Shown: positions 1 through 11,977, numbered from the whole stretch's first letter. The stretch: 63,977 bases of DNA, filler included, from Sandaracinaceae bacterium (GCA_947483975.1; 3 parts of 3 records of this genome joined end to end with filler, not necessarily neighbours in it), one strand, 5' to 3'. Numbers and translations are program-made. Notes: generated by a model not told the origin, from the letters alone.

Positions 1-521
1 AGCGTGTTGTCGAGCGCCCACGCCGCCGTCGCGCCCGCGATCGCCAGCGCCCCGAGGGCGCTCCAGCCTGCGCTCCGCGCCGCGTCGAGCGTCAGCGCCA
101 GCCCGCCGAGCGCCATCAAGGCGAGCGCGCCGAGCACGCGCCGACCGATGGGCTCGCGGTAGAGCGCCCACGCGAGCAGCACGGTGAACACCGCCTCGAG
201 GTTGAGCAGCAGAGAGCCCGTCGTCGCGCCGGCGCGCTGCAGGCCCCACGCGAGCAAGGTCGGTGCGACGCCCGCGCCGACGAGCGCGATGGCGAGCATC
301 CGGCCGAGGTGCGCGCGACCGAGCGGCGCGCCTGACGACGGCGAGAGGCGACCGAGCAGGAGCGCCGAGAGGCACGCGCCGGCGTAGAGCAGGCACGCCG
401 TCGTCAGCGCGCCGACGCCGCGCCCCGCGCGCTCGACGACGGGCGTGGTCACGCCGAAGCTGAGCGCGGCGAGCACGGCGAGGAGCGCGCCCCGCGCGAT
501 GGGTGAGCGACCGCTCGACAC
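1..521 (-). CDS. EamA/DMT family transporter, 3' end beyond window
   Basis: Not in the ORF track. Manual minus-strand translation from GTG 521 gives ...ALLAVLAALSFGVTTP...LLYAGA...APTLLAWGLQR...SLLLNLEAVFTVLLAWALYRE...WALDNTL, a multi-TM EamA pattern. Confidence 0.85.
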   Translation of the reverse strand, partial: MSSGRSPIARGALLAVLAALSFGVTTPVVERAGRGVGALTTACLLYAGACLSALLLGRLSPSSGAPLGRAHLGRMLAIALVGAGVAPTLLAWGLQRAGATTGSLLLNLEAVFTVLLAWALYREPIGRRVLGALALMALGGLALTLDAARSAGWSALGALAIAGATAAWALDNT

Positions 522-614
522 GCGCCCACTGTAGCCGAGACACGCGCGACCGCAGGCGCCGCCGTGCGAGGTTCGACGCCTCGGCGAGCGCCGAGATCGC
601 TGTACCATCGCGCG

Positions 615-1808
615 ATGCCGCGCACTGCCGACACGCTCACGCTCACGCTCGCCCTCCTCACCGCGGTCGCCGCCGCTGCGGGCTGCGACTCGAACACGGC
701 GCACCCCGTGTCTATCGATGCCGGGGCGCTCGAGGACGCGACAGCGCTCGACGCGCCCGAGCAAGACGCGTTCACGGACGTCGACGCAGGCCCGACCGAC
801 GGCGGAGCAGCCGACGCGGGCGGCGGCGGACTGCCCGCGGGCTGGCTCTACACGGCAGCGAACCACGTCTATGTGTCGGACGGCGCGGGCGGCGGCTCCG
901 TGTGGATGGGCCGCGGCGTGAACCTCGATGACATCTACCTCTGTGGCTACAACTACACGCTCTGGGACACGAGCGCCGAGACGGAGCTGACGGCCGTCGC
1001 CGCGGGCCTCGTCCGCGACTGGCACCCGACCTTCGTGCGCGTCTCGCTCGGCATGGCGAGCTACCCGACGGAGTCCGACTGGACGGAGAATCCCGCGCAA
1101 TACCAAGCGCCGATGACGCGCGTGATCGAGGCCCTCGGCGCCAACCCCGGCGTGTACGTGCTCGTCGCCCTGCGCAGCCACGCGTCGATGATCTTGGAGG
1201 ACACGATCCACGGCGACGCGGAGGCGACCGGCGTCCCCTCCGACGCGACGACGACGCCCGACGCGGTGCGCTTCCCGACGGGCACCGACGCCACCTACGT
1301 CGCGCTCGTGGACACCTTCGCGCACTCGCCGTTCGTGCTGTTCGGGCTCTCGAACGAGCCCGGCGGGAACCTGCAGTCGGACGCCGTGATCGCCGCGGCG
1401 ATGGAGCACGCGGTCGGCGTGATCCGGGCCGAAGAGGACCGCCTCGGCGTGCCGCATCACCTCATCTCGGTGCAGGGCAACAGCTGGACGAGCGACCTCG
1501 CCTTCTACGCCGCGTCGCCGCTCGCCGAGGACGGCGTCGTCTACGAGCAGCACGGCTACCCGCCGACGGCGGACGCGTACACCTACGACAACCTCCCGGT
1601 GCTGATCGGCGAGTACGGCTCCCTCCCCGACTCCGCAGCGTTCTACGCGGACCTCGAGGCGAAGCAGCTGCCCAACGCCGCGTGGGACTTCGAGCCGTTC
1701 AGCGACTGCGCGCCGGATCTCCTCGTCGTCACGCACAGCGCCACGACGCTCACGCCGACGGCGTGGGGCGCGACGGTGCAGGCGTACCTCACCTCGCACG
1801 CGCCCTGA
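615..1808 (+). CDS. Glycoside hydrolase family 5-like (cellulase family) lipoprotein
   Basis: Lipobox AAGC, DAG-rich linker, GVN, 'FGLSNEP' acid/base and 'LIGEYG' nucleophile motifs. Confidence 0.75.
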   Translation: MPRTADTLTLTLALLTAVAAAAGCDSNTAHPVSIDAGALEDATALDAPEQDAFTDVDAGPTDGGAADAGGGGLPAGWLYTAANHVYVSDGAGGGSVWMGRGVNLDDIYLCGYNYTLWDTSAETELTAVAAGLVRDWHPTFVRVSLGMASYPTESDWTENPAQYQAPMTRVIEALGANPGVYVLVALRSHASMILEDTIHGDAEATGVPSDATTTPDAVRFPTGTDATYVALVDTFAHSPFVLFGLSNEPGGNLQSDAVIAAAMEHAVGVIRAEEDRLGVPHHLISVQGNSWTSDLAFYAASPLAEDGVVYEQHGYPPTADAYTYDNLPVLIGEYGSLPDSAAFYADLEAKQLPNAAWDFEPFSDCAPDLLVVTHSATTLTPTAWGATVQAYLTSHAP

Positions 1809-1822
1809 GCGTCGGGCTCGGC

Positions 1823-1853
1823 GCTGAGCCGCTCGTGTACTCGGCGGCTCAGC
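1823..1853. terminator. GC hairpin between convergent genes
   Basis: 10-bp stem GCTGAGCCGC...GCGGCTCAGC; no U-tract. Confidence 0.4.
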
Positions 1854-1865
1854 AGCTCGCGCCGC

Positions 1866-2447
1866 TCAGCAGCTGACGCCGCAGACGAGGCGGCCGTCGG
1901 GACAGCTCGTCGCGCCGACGCCCGCGTCGTTCGGCCCGCAGGTCGCCGAGCAGTCGGCCGTCGCCGCGCAGTTCACCGTGCAGTCGCCGTCGCACTTGAT
2001 CTCACAGCGCGCGGTGTCGAGGCAGCTGACGGTGCTGTGGTCCCCGAGGTTGAGCTTGCAGCGCGCAGAATCCGAGCACGTCGCCGCGGAGTCGGCGCCA
2101 GCCTTGAGGTCGCAGTCGGAGCTCGCGCTGCAGGTGATGGCGCTGCCGTCGCCGCCGTGCCCCTTGCACTGCGAGGTGTCGACGCAGTCGAGCGAGAGCG
2201 CGCCCTCGGTGTTGCCGTTGCACTTGGCGGCGCTCGTGCAATCGAGCGCGCAGGCGGCCACGCCGCACTCGGCGTGACAGTCGTTGCCGGCGACGCACGT
2301 GCAGGCGCTCGCAGCGCAGACGCAGCCCGCGCCCGAGCAGGACGCGACGTTTGGAGCCGGGACGGCGGCCGTGCCGCCGCAAGCTGCGGCGCTCAGCGCG
2401 AAGACGAAAAACGAAGCGAAGCGGAAAGCCTGGAGGGTCGGGTTCAT
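1866..2447 (-). CDS. Cys-rich lipoprotein, unknown function
   Basis: Signal peptide with AAAC lipobox; repeated C-x5-C units. Confidence 0.75.
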   Translation of the reverse strand: MNPTLQAFRFASFFVFALSAAACGGTAAVPAPNVASCSGAGCVCAASACTCVAGNDCHAECGVAACALDCTSAAKCNGNTEGALSLDCVDTSQCKGHGGDGSAITCSASSDCDLKAGADSAATCSDSARCKLNLGDHSTVSCLDTARCEIKCDGDCTVNCAATADCSATCGPNDAGVGATSCPDGRLVCGVSC

Positions 2448-2574
2448 CGTGCCTCGGTGGAGAAGGACGATGCGTGTACGAGCCAGATTCACCGGAGTGA
2501 CATCCGCACGCGCCCACGCCGACGCGCCCTCTCGTTCACGCGACCCCGCGCCCCGGCGGCCTCGCGCGCTCCGC

Positions 2575-3285
2575 CTAGATGTACTGCCCCGCGTCGACGC
2601 GCACGACCTCGCCCGTGATCCGCCGGGCGGCGTCCGACAGCAAGAAGAGCACGGCGTTCGCGATGTCCTCGGGCTCCGCGAGCTCGTTCAGCACGGTCTC
2701 CGCGAGCGCCTTCTTCAGCACCTCCTCGGGGAGCGCGCGCGCCATCGGCGTCAGCACCATGCCGGGGGCGACGGCGTTGACCGTGATGCCCTTCGGGCCT
2801 AGCTCGCGGGCGACGGTCTTGGTCAGCCCGATGATGCCCGCCTTCGACGCCGCGTAGTTCGCCTGCCCGAATTTGCCGCGCATCCCGTTGATCGAGGTGA
2901 TGTTGACGATGCGCCCGTAGCCGGCCTCGCGCATCGCCGGCGCGAGCGCGCGGATCATGTGGAAGGTGCCCGTGAGGTTGACGTCGAGGACGGCCTTCCA
3001 GTCCTCGTCGGAGAGCTTGAGCACCGACTTGTCGCGCGTGATCCCGGCGTTGTTCACGAGCAGCGAGACGCCCGCGGGGAGCTCCGCGACGGCGCGCGCG
3101 ACGTCCGCGGAGTCCGCGATGTTCACGGCGTGAAACGTGAACGCGCCCGGCTCGCCCGCCGCGACGTCGAAGACGTGCACCTCGGCGCCGCTCGCGACGA
3201 GCAGCTCCGCGATGCTGCGCCCGATGCCGCGCGAGCCGCCCGTGACCACTGCCTTACGCCCATCGAATCGCCAGGTCGCACTCAT
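2575..3285 (-). CDS. fabG: SDR oxidoreductase, 3-oxoacyl-ACP/acetoacetyl-CoA reductase (FabG/PhaB-like)
   Basis: TGGSRGIG, NNAGITRD, GQANYAASKAG, NAVAPG. Confidence 0.8.
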   Translation of the reverse strand: MSATWRFDGRKAVVTGGSRGIGRSIAELLVASGAEVHVFDVAAGEPGAFTFHAVNIADSADVARAVAELPAGVSLLVNNAGITRDKSVLKLSDEDWKAVLDVNLTGTFHMIRALAPAMREAGYGRIVNITSINGMRGKFGQANYAASKAGIIGLTKTVARELGPKGITVNAVAPGMVLTPMARALPEEVLKKALAETVLNELAEPEDIANAVLFLLSDAARRITGEVVRVDAGQYI

Positions 3286-3354
3286 GGCGCCCTTCTACGT
3301 CCGATCGCGGAACGTGCGCAACCCCGCGCTGCGCGCGTCGAGGTGCCGTTGCCC

Positions 3355-4107
3355 CTACGCGCCTTTGCGCGGGCGGGCGGGCTGCACGGCGTAGAGGCGG
3401 CCGATCTCCGCCGCGTCGGCGAAGGTGTCTGCGCCGATGCGCGCAAAGAAGATGGACGCGGCTTGCAGCGACGCGAGGACGAGCCCCTCCGCGCCGGTGC
3501 GGCGGACGGCCCAGACGGCGCGGTCCTGCGCGGCGTCGAGCGTCGGCTCCGTGAGGTCGGCGGGCGCGGGCACGCGGGCGATCTCGAGCGCCTTCGAGAG
3601 CGCCTGATGCGCGAGCGCGAGCACGGCGATGCGCTCATCGAACTCGCCGCCCTCCATCTCGCGCCAGCGCGCCTTCTTCTGGCTCATCTGACCGAGCACC
3701 GCGCGGAACGCGTTGACCGCGTAGACGGCGGCGAGGCGGCGGCGCTCCTCGGCGAGCTCCGAGACGATCAGGAACGGATCGGCGCGCCCGCGGGTGTCGG
3801 CGTGCCGCGCGATGATGCCGTTGACGAGGCTGAGGTGCGCCTCCGCGGAGAGCACCTCATCCCACGCGAAGATCGCGCGCAGATCCTTGGGCGCCGTGCG
3901 GTAGCGCTCGAACGCAGCCGCGAAGTCTTGGTCGGCGGCGATGCGCTCGACGACGATCGCGCCCCACGCGCCAGTGATGCGGTCGACGAGCTCGTCGTCG
4001 CGGTGCGAGCGCCCGTTCGGGCGCACCTCATCGTCGCCGCTCAGTTTCGCGGGCTTGGACGCACGCTGCGGCTTCGTCGGCTTCGGAGCGGTCTTCGACG
4101 GTCGCAT
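3355..4107 (-). CDS. Hypothetical helical protein
   Basis: 250-aa ORF with natural composition, co-oriented with its neighbours. Confidence 0.65.
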   Translation of the reverse strand: MRPSKTAPKPTKPQRASKPAKLSGDDEVRPNGRSHRDDELVDRITGAWGAIVVERIAADQDFAAAFERYRTAPKDLRAIFAWDEVLSAEAHLSLVNGIIARHADTRGRADPFLIVSELAEERRRLAAVYAVNAFRAVLGQMSQKKARWREMEGGEFDERIAVLALAHQALSKALEIARVPAPADLTEPTLDAAQDRAVWAVRRTGAEGLVLASLQAASIFFARIGADTFADAAEIGRLYAVQPARPRKGA

Positions 4108-4170
4108 GGAAAGGCCAGAGTGCCGGATCGCTCGCGCGGGCGCCAGTGGAACGACGCGAGCAAGAGCGCG

Positions 4171-5097
4171 TCAGTGACGGCGCAACCCGAGCAGGGTCAG
4201 CGGCTCGTCGGAGCGCGTGAACGAGAGGAGCGAGCCCATCTCGACCGGATGCGCGTCGTGCGGGCCGTCGAGGTAGAGGCGCCCCGAGCGCATCTTGTTG
4301 ATCAGCCCGAACGACTCGCCCGGCGCGACGAGGCCGCGCACGTGCTGATAGCGCTCTCCGTTCGGCTTGTACGGCTCGCGGACGACGTACTGCAGGCGCT
4401 GCGACGCGACCGCGAGCACGCGCCCGCCCGCCGAGCGCTGCGCCGCGGTCGAGCCGGCGGCCGGGCCGATCCACACGCCGCTCGACTTCTGCTCCTCCTC
4501 GAGCCCGCGGTAGGCGATCAGGTAGCGCGAGGTCGCCGCCGGGCAGACGTTGCAGAAGAGCGCGTCGTTGAGCACGCGATTGGCGACGCGCTTGCCGTCG
4601 ACGTCGACGCGCATCCGCGCGAGGCGCGACGCGCGCGTGCGACCCGCGACCGCGTCGGCGAGCACGTCGGCGAGGTTGTCCTTCGTGCCCGCGCAGAAGA
4701 AGCCGACGCTGTCCGTCGGCGCGGTGTTGATGGCGACGATGGGCACGTCGGCGCCGACGGAGTGCGAGGCCCAGAGCAGCGTGCCGTCGCCGCCGAGCGT
4801 GACGACGAGATCGAACTCGTGCGCGGCGCCGACCTCTGCGCGGTAGCGAAACACGGCGCGCGTGCCGAGGGCGCGCAGCACGTCCTTCGCGGCGGCGAGC
4901 GTCCCGACGTGATCGTCGTGCGCGGCGCGCAGGCGCGCGACGGTGATGTGCTTCTTGCGCAGGAGCGCGACGACGCGCGGCGAGCGGCGCTCGCGGACGT
5001 AGAGCTGAAAGGCCGACTTCTTGTAGATGACGAGCACGCGCGGCGCGGGCGCGCTGAGCTTGCCGACGGCGCGCGGCGGGGGCGCGCTCGCCTTCAT
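4171..5097 (-). CDS. nadK: NAD(+)/NADH kinase
   Basis: LGGDGT, VGFF, LND, GSTAAQRSAGG motifs. Confidence 0.9.
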   Translation of the reverse strand: MKASAPPPRAVGKLSAPAPRVLVIYKKSAFQLYVRERRSPRVVALLRKKHITVARLRAAHDDHVGTLAAAKDVLRALGTRAVFRYRAEVGAAHEFDLVVTLGGDGTLLWASHSVGADVPIVAINTAPTDSVGFFCAGTKDNLADVLADAVAGRTRASRLARMRVDVDGKRVANRVLNDALFCNVCPAATSRYLIAYRGLEEEQKSSGVWIGPAAGSTAAQRSAGGRVLAVASQRLQYVVREPYKPNGERYQHVRGLVAPGESFGLINKMRSGRLYLDGPHDAHPVEMGSLLSFTRSDEPLTLLGLRRH

Positions 5098-5825
5098 GAG
5101 CCGGCTCCCCACTCGGCGAGGCGCCGCAGCGCGACCTCGGTCTTGACGTCGTGGACCCGCCCGTCGCGCACCGCGGCGAGCGCGACCGAGAGCGGGAGAA
5201 AGCAGACGACCGCGTCAGCCTCGACGGGAGAGCCGTCCTCCGTCGGCGTGCCGGCGTGCTCCGGTCGCACGCGCGCGACGAGAAAATGCACTTTCTCGGC
5301 GAGCACACCGGGGCTCAGCACGACCGCCGGCCCGAGCACGCTGAACGCCGACGCGTCGACCTCGAGGCCCGTCTCCTCGAGCGTCTCGCGCGCGGCGCAC
5401 GCGCGGAGGCCCGCCTCGCCGTGCTCCTCCGGCTCGATGAGCCCGGCGGGCACCTCCCAGACGACGGGCTCCGGCTCAGGCTCCGCGAGCGGCAGCGCGT
5501 AGCCCGGACGAAACGCGAGCGGCGGCCGCAGCGCGCTGCGCAAGCAGACGCGCAGCTCCGCGGCGGGCGCGTCGGCGCTCGGCCCTCCCGCGACGAGCAC
5601 GATCGCGACGGCGTCCATCGCGTCGCGCTCGACGAGGTCGTAGCGATACGGTCGGCTGACGCTGCCGTCCGGGCGACGGTTCTGCACCATCACGCGGCGC
5701 AGGCGCAGAAAGCCCTGATGCCCGGGCAGCTCTGCCGAGAGATCGGCGAGCACCTCGACCGCGATGCGGGGCAGGCTCGGGAGAGTGTCATCCGGCGACG
5801 AGAGCGAGTCGGGGGGACGCGTCAT
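5094..5825 (-). CDS. NUDIX hydrolase (ADP-ribose pyrophosphatase-like)
   Basis: Nudix box WEVPAGLIE...AARETLEETG, SPG and DVKT; stop overlaps the nadK start (ATGA). Confidence 0.85.
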   Translation of the reverse strand: MTRPPDSLSSPDDTLPSLPRIAVEVLADLSAELPGHQGFLRLRRVMVQNRRPDGSVSRPYRYDLVERDAMDAVAIVLVAGGPSADAPAAELRVCLRSALRPPLAFRPGYALPLAEPEPEPVVWEVPAGLIEPEEHGEAGLRACAARETLEETGLEVDASAFSVLGPAVVLSPGVLAEKVHFLVARVRPEHAGTPTEDGSPVEADAVVCFLPLSVALAAVRDGRVHDVKTEVALRRLAEWGAGS

Positions 5826-5940
5826 GCGGCCCATGATGTACGCGGGGCGGCGGAGCAGGGTCAAGCGGCAGCGAAGGCCGACGCGCCCGAGGGCCGCCGC
5901 TGAGCGCGGAATATCCGGCGCGCGCGCTCGTCTGAGCAAT

Positions 5941-7374
5941 ATGCGCTGCACCACGCCTTCCTGGCCCTTCGCGCGGCGAGCGCTGCGCAGCGTCGCCCTG
6001 CGCAGCGTCGCCCTGCGCAGCGTCGCCCTGCTCGGCGGCGCGCTGCTCGGCCTCGCGCTGCTCGGCGTCGGCGGTGCGCCCCTCGCCCGCGCCCAGCAGC
6101 CTGCGGCGCCCGCTCCGCTCGGCGCAGACGTCGCGCGGCTGACCACGCTCTCGACAGCCGACCGGGAGGCGCTCGCCCCGCTGCTCGCCCGCGGGCCCAT
6201 CGCCTTCATCGAATTCAGCGACGCCGATGTGCTGCCCGCGATCGTGCTCGCCGCGACCGTCGACGCGCCCGCCGCGACCGTCGCGGCCATCGTCGGCGAC
6301 CCAGCGGGCTATCCGCGCTTCATGGGCGTGCTCGACTCCGTGCAGGTCACCGGACGGCACTCGACCTCGCTGTCCTACGACTGGACCTGGCGCACGGCGC
6401 TGTTTCAGCTTCGCGGCGCGAACGTGATGACGTCGTCGCCGCCGCCCGCCGCGCACCCCGAGCAGGGCTGGCGCTTCGGGGTGCGCGCGACGGGCGGCGA
6501 TCTCGGCACGGGGCGCTTTCTCTGGCGCGTGCTGCCCGTGGGCCCGAACCGCACGCTCGTCACGCTCGCGACGCGCCTCGATCTACGCGAGTCGAACTAC
6601 CTCGCGCGCCAGATGTCGCAGGCGAGCAACAGCGTGAATCGCTCGATCAACCTCTCGCTCGGCTTCGTGATGCTGCTCGGCGTGCGGCATGAGGCGCAGC
6701 ACCGCGCGGGCGTTGCGCCGACTCACCTCGCGAGCCCGTCGGCGCCCCTCGCGCCGAGCGACGTCGACCTCGCGCGCCTGACGCCGCTGCTGACGCGCGG
6801 GGACCTCGTCGCGATGACGCTCGACGGGGACCGCCTCGACTACGTCACGGCGATCGCGCGGACGGGCACGGGCAAGGACGTCGTCGCGCCCGTCATCACC
6901 GATCCGACCGCCTTCGGCAGCGCGCTCGTGCCGGGGAGTCACGCGACGGTCGTCGACGTCGCGGACGGCGGCGGAGGCACGCTCTTCGACTGGGAGATCA
7001 ACCTGCCGATCATCGGCTCGAGCGGGCGGATGCGCCTGACGCCCGCGGACGCGACGGGCGAGACGGTCAGCGTCAGCGGCGTGAGCGGCGCGCTGCACGC
7101 CGGGCAGTGGCGCTTCGAGACGCACGTGCAGCCCTGGGGCGAAGCGGTCGTCGTCGCGCAGGGGCGCTTCGATCCCGGCGACACGACGTGGCTGCTGCGC
7201 GGCGTCGTGCACAGCAGCGCGGACTTCGGCGCGGGGCTGACGGCTGCGGGCGAGCTGATGGTCGCCCGGGCGATTCGCTCACGCGCCATGGACGCCGTCG
7301 AGGCGCAGACCGCGGCGAGGGCTGCGGCTGCGACGGCCGCCGCGACTGCTGCCGCGGCGACGACGGCTCAGTAG
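5941..7374 (+). CDS. Exported protein with probable tandem SRPBCC/START-like domains
   Basis: Hydrophobic signal segment, then 'VDAPAATVAAIVGDPAGYPRFM' and a second similar unit. Start uncertain. Confidence 0.6.
   Translation: MRCTTPSWPFARRALRSVALRSVALRSVALLGGALLGLALLGVGGAPLARAQQPAAPAPLGADVARLTTLSTADREALAPLLARGPIAFIEFSDADVLPAIVLAATVDAPAATVAAIVGDPAGYPRFMGVLDSVQVTGRHSTSLSYDWTWRTALFQLRGANVMTSSPPPAAHPEQGWRFGVRATGGDLGTGRFLWRVLPVGPNRTLVTLATRLDLRESNYLARQMSQASNSVNRSINLSLGFVMLLGVRHEAQHRAGVAPTHLASPSAPLAPSDVDLARLTPLLTRGDLVAMTLDGDRLDYVTAIARTGTGKDVVAPVITDPTAFGSALVPGSHATVVDVADGGGGTLFDWEINLPIIGSSGRMRLTPADATGETVSVSGVSGALHAGQWRFETHVQPWGEAVVVAQGRFDPGDTTWLLRGVVHSSADFGAGLTAAGELMVARAIRSRAMDAVEAQTAARAAAATAAATAAAATTAQ
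5983..6030 (+). repeat. 15-bp tandem repeat x3 (CTGCGCAGCGTCGCC) encoding LRSVA
   Basis: Read directly from the sequence. Confidence 0.85.
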
Positions 7375-7384
7375 GGACGCTGGG

Positions 7385-8362
7385 TCAGGGAGGCGAACAA
7401 ACGCCGGCGGTGCACGTCATCGTCGCGTTGCAGACGGTGCCGTCGAGGACGTTCGCGCCGTGACAGCTACCGCCGCCGCAGATGTCCATCGAGGTGCACT
7501 CGTTGAGGTCGTCACAGATGTCGGTGTTCGGAGCGTGCGTGCACACACCGGTGACCGGGGTGCAGGCGTCCGTCGTGCAGACGTTGGTGTCGGCGCAGTC
7601 GACCGCGACGCCGTGGCAAGCCGTCGCGAGGCACACATCGCCGGTCGTGCAGGCGTCGCCGTCGTCGCAGGAGACGGTGTTCGGCGCGTGCACGCAGACG
7701 CCCGTCGCCGCGGTGCAGGAGTCGGTCGTGCAGACGTTCGTGTCGGAGCAGTCCTTCGCGGCGTGCACGCAGACGCCGGTCGCCGGGGTGCACGAGTCGT
7801 CCGTGCACGCGAACGTGTCTGAGCAGTCCTTCGCGATGCCAGCGCCACACGCGCCAGCGGAGCAGACGTTACCGACGGTGCAGGGATCGCCGTCGTCGCA
7901 GGAGTCGGTGTTGTTCGCGTGCACGCACAGCCCGGTCGCCAGGTTGCAGGAGTCGGTGGTGCACGAGTTCATGTCGTCGCAGCTGACGGAACAAGCCGTG
8001 CCGAGATCGACGGAGCCGAGGTCGGCGGGGCCGAGGTCGGCGGGGCCGAGGTCTGCCGGGCCGAGGTCTGCCGGGCCGAGGTCTTCGGGACCGAGATCCG
8101 CCGGACCGAGATCGTCACCACCGAGGTCGACGTCGGGGATGCCGAGGTCATCGACGTTCATGTCGACGGGCATATCCGTCTCGGCCATGTCCGCGACCTC
8201 GAGGTCGGGCTCGTTCAGGTCTTCCGGCACCGTCATGTCGACGACGCCCGCGTCCTCGCCGGGCGGGAGGATCTTCGTGCGATCGAAGTTGGCGACCAGC
8301 TCACAAGCAGAGAGCAGGGGCGCGAGGCAGAGCGCGGCGATCAGGATGCGGTGGGTCTTCAT
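7385..8362 (-). CDS. Cys-rich lipoprotein with DLGPA pentapeptide linker and C-D-x3-CT-x-D-x-C repeats
   Basis: LSAC lipobox; D(L/M)xxx repeats; CDDGDPCT/CTTDSC repeats. Confidence 0.85.
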   Translation of the reverse strand: MKTHRILIAALCLAPLLSACELVANFDRTKILPPGEDAGVVDMTVPEDLNEPDLEVADMAETDMPVDMNVDDLGIPDVDLGGDDLGPADLGPEDLGPADLGPADLGPADLGPADLGSVDLGTACSVSCDDMNSCTTDSCNLATGLCVHANNTDSCDDGDPCTVGNVCSAGACGAGIAKDCSDTFACTDDSCTPATGVCVHAAKDCSDTNVCTTDSCTAATGVCVHAPNTVSCDDGDACTTGDVCLATACHGVAVDCADTNVCTTDACTPVTGVCTHAPNTDICDDLNECTSMDICGGGSCHGANVLDGTVCNATMTCTAGVCSPP

Positions 8363-8391
8363 GGTAAGGACTCTCCTCGAAAGCGCAGGCA

Positions 8392-9465
8392 TCAGAAGCT
8401 CAGCCGTGCGGTGAGGCCACCGCCGCTCGGACCGACCACCGGGGCGAGGTGAAGGCGGGCGGTCGGCGCCGCCGCCTCGGGTTCGCCCTCCTCCTCGTCG
8501 TCGCTGCCGTTCGCGAAGTTGAGCACGAGGGCCGTGATGAAGCCGGCGACGGCGACGCCGAAGCCGACGTCGGCGAAGAGCGCGAGACGCTCACCGCTGT
8601 CGGCGCTCGCCTCGGTCGGGGTCGTGTCGAAGCTGGCCTGCTCCGAGAGCGCCAGGAAGCCGAGCACCGTGCCGGCGACGAGGCCCGCCGCGCCCACGCC
8701 CGCCGAGATCCACACGCCCGCGCCGGGGCCTTCGTCCTCAGTCTCTTCGCCATCGCCTGAGCCTTCGCCCTCGACGGGGGGCGGCGTGACCTCGACGGGA
8801 GGCGGCGGCAGCGCCGTGAGCGCAGGCACCGCAAGCTCCTGCCGCGAGCCGAACGTCACGGTGACGGTCTGTGCCGCGGCCGGCTCGTAGCCCTCGAGCG
8901 ACAACGAGATCGCGTGGTCGCCCACCGCGGCCTCGATGTCGGCCGGAGTGACGCGCCCGGTGTCGGTGCCATCGAGGCTGATCGCGGCACCCGCCGGATC
9001 GCTCGAGACGGCGATGACGCCGGGGCGCGTGCGCATCTGCTCGATGCGCGCCTGCACCGCGGCTCGATCGGGCGCGTCGGCGCGGAGCGTGAGGTAGCGC
9101 TCGAGCGTCGCGACGGCGTCGGCCACCTTGCCCTGACGCTCCTGCGCCTCTGCGACGCTGAGGAGCGCGACGGGGTTCGGCACCGCGGCGAACGCGGCCT
9201 CGAACTGCGCCTGCGCTTGGGCAAACTGCCCGTCGTGGAAGAGACGCTGACCCTCGCCGTACGCGGTGCGCGCGGCCGCCGTCTGCTCCGCGGTCGGACC
9301 AGCAGGCGCTGCGACCACGGGGACGGGATGCGCAACGCGCCCGCCGTGACGCTGCGCCGAAGCGTCAGCCGCGGAGAAGATGGCGAGCGCCGCGAGCGCG
9401 AGCGTCGCAGACGAAACGAGCGGACGGCACCGTACTGCCCCGAGAAGACGGTTCATGTGCGCCAA
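8392..9465 (-). CDS. TPR + PEGA domain exported protein
   Basis: Signal peptide, TPR-like helices, PEGA 'VSSDPAGAAISLDG...TP', C-terminal hydrophobic hairpin ending LTARLSF. Confidence 0.85.
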   Translation of the reverse strand: MAHMNRLLGAVRCRPLVSSATLALAALAIFSAADASAQRHGGRVAHPVPVVAAPAGPTAEQTAAARTAYGEGQRLFHDGQFAQAQAQFEAAFAAVPNPVALLSVAEAQERQGKVADAVATLERYLTLRADAPDRAAVQARIEQMRTRPGVIAVSSDPAGAAISLDGTDTGRVTPADIEAAVGDHAISLSLEGYEPAAAQTVTVTFGSRQELAVPALTALPPPPVEVTPPPVEGEGSGDGEETEDEGPGAGVWISAGVGAAGLVAGTVLGFLALSEQASFDTTPTEASADSGERLALFADVGFGVAVAGFITALVLNFANGSDDEEEGEPEAAAPTARLHLAPVVGPSGGGLTARLSF

Positions 9466-9515
9466 AGTACGCGGCGGAGTGCGCCGCCGTCAACCTCTCG
9501 CGGCGCCGAGCAGCG

Positions 9516-11432
<1,917 letters not shown>

Positions 11433-11525
11433 CGGGGGGCCGAGGGTACTTCCGCTCGGGGCAGAACGGGAAGCGGTTCGCGTGTGCGAACGCTCAGCCC
11501 CGCGTCTTGGGCGCGGAGCGGGCGG

Positions 11526-11924
11526 CTACAGCATGTCGAGCGCGACCGACATATCGGCCGGGCCGAGGTCCTCGGACATCCCCGCGTCGGGCTCGCCAGC
11601 GTCCACAGCGCCGAGATCGTCTGCGCCGAGATCCGCGCTGCCGAGGTCCGCGCTGCCGAGGTCCGGGGCGCCGAGGTCTGCGCCGCCGAGGTCCATCGCG
11701 CCGAGGTCGCGCGGGCCCGCGTCCGTCGCGCCGCACGTCACCGCGCAGGTGCCGCGGTCGGTCAAGCTCGCGCTGCCCTTGCAGCACACGAAGCCGGACG
11801 AGCAGTCCCCGGACAGCTGACAGACCGCGCCCTCACCGCCGCTGCAAGCTGAGAGCCCGCCAGCAGAGAGACAGAGGAGCGCGAAGAGGACGACTGAGCG
11901 AAGGAGCGAAGATTTCCGGTTCAT
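11526..11924 (-). CDS. Small Cys-knot lipoprotein with DLGxx repeats
   Basis: LSAC lipobox, compact Cys domain, then about 9 DLG/DAG pentapeptides. Confidence 0.75.
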   Translation of the reverse strand: MNRKSSLLRSVVLFALLCLSAGGLSACSGGEGAVCQLSGDCSSGFVCCKGSASLTDRGTCAVTCGATDAGPRDLGAMDLGGADLGAPDLGSADLGSADLGADDLGAVDAGEPDAGMSEDLGPADMSVALDML

Positions 11925-11977
11925 CGGGCGGCCGGACCATAGCGTTCGACGCGGCGCCTGTCGATTGACGGCGCGGG

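Noticed and set aside
7990..8140. Regular CCGAGGTC repeats (also 11600-11710, 61260-61360) as a CRISPR array
   Set aside because: 15-nt period, in-frame DLGxx coding repeats, no unique spacers and no cas genes.
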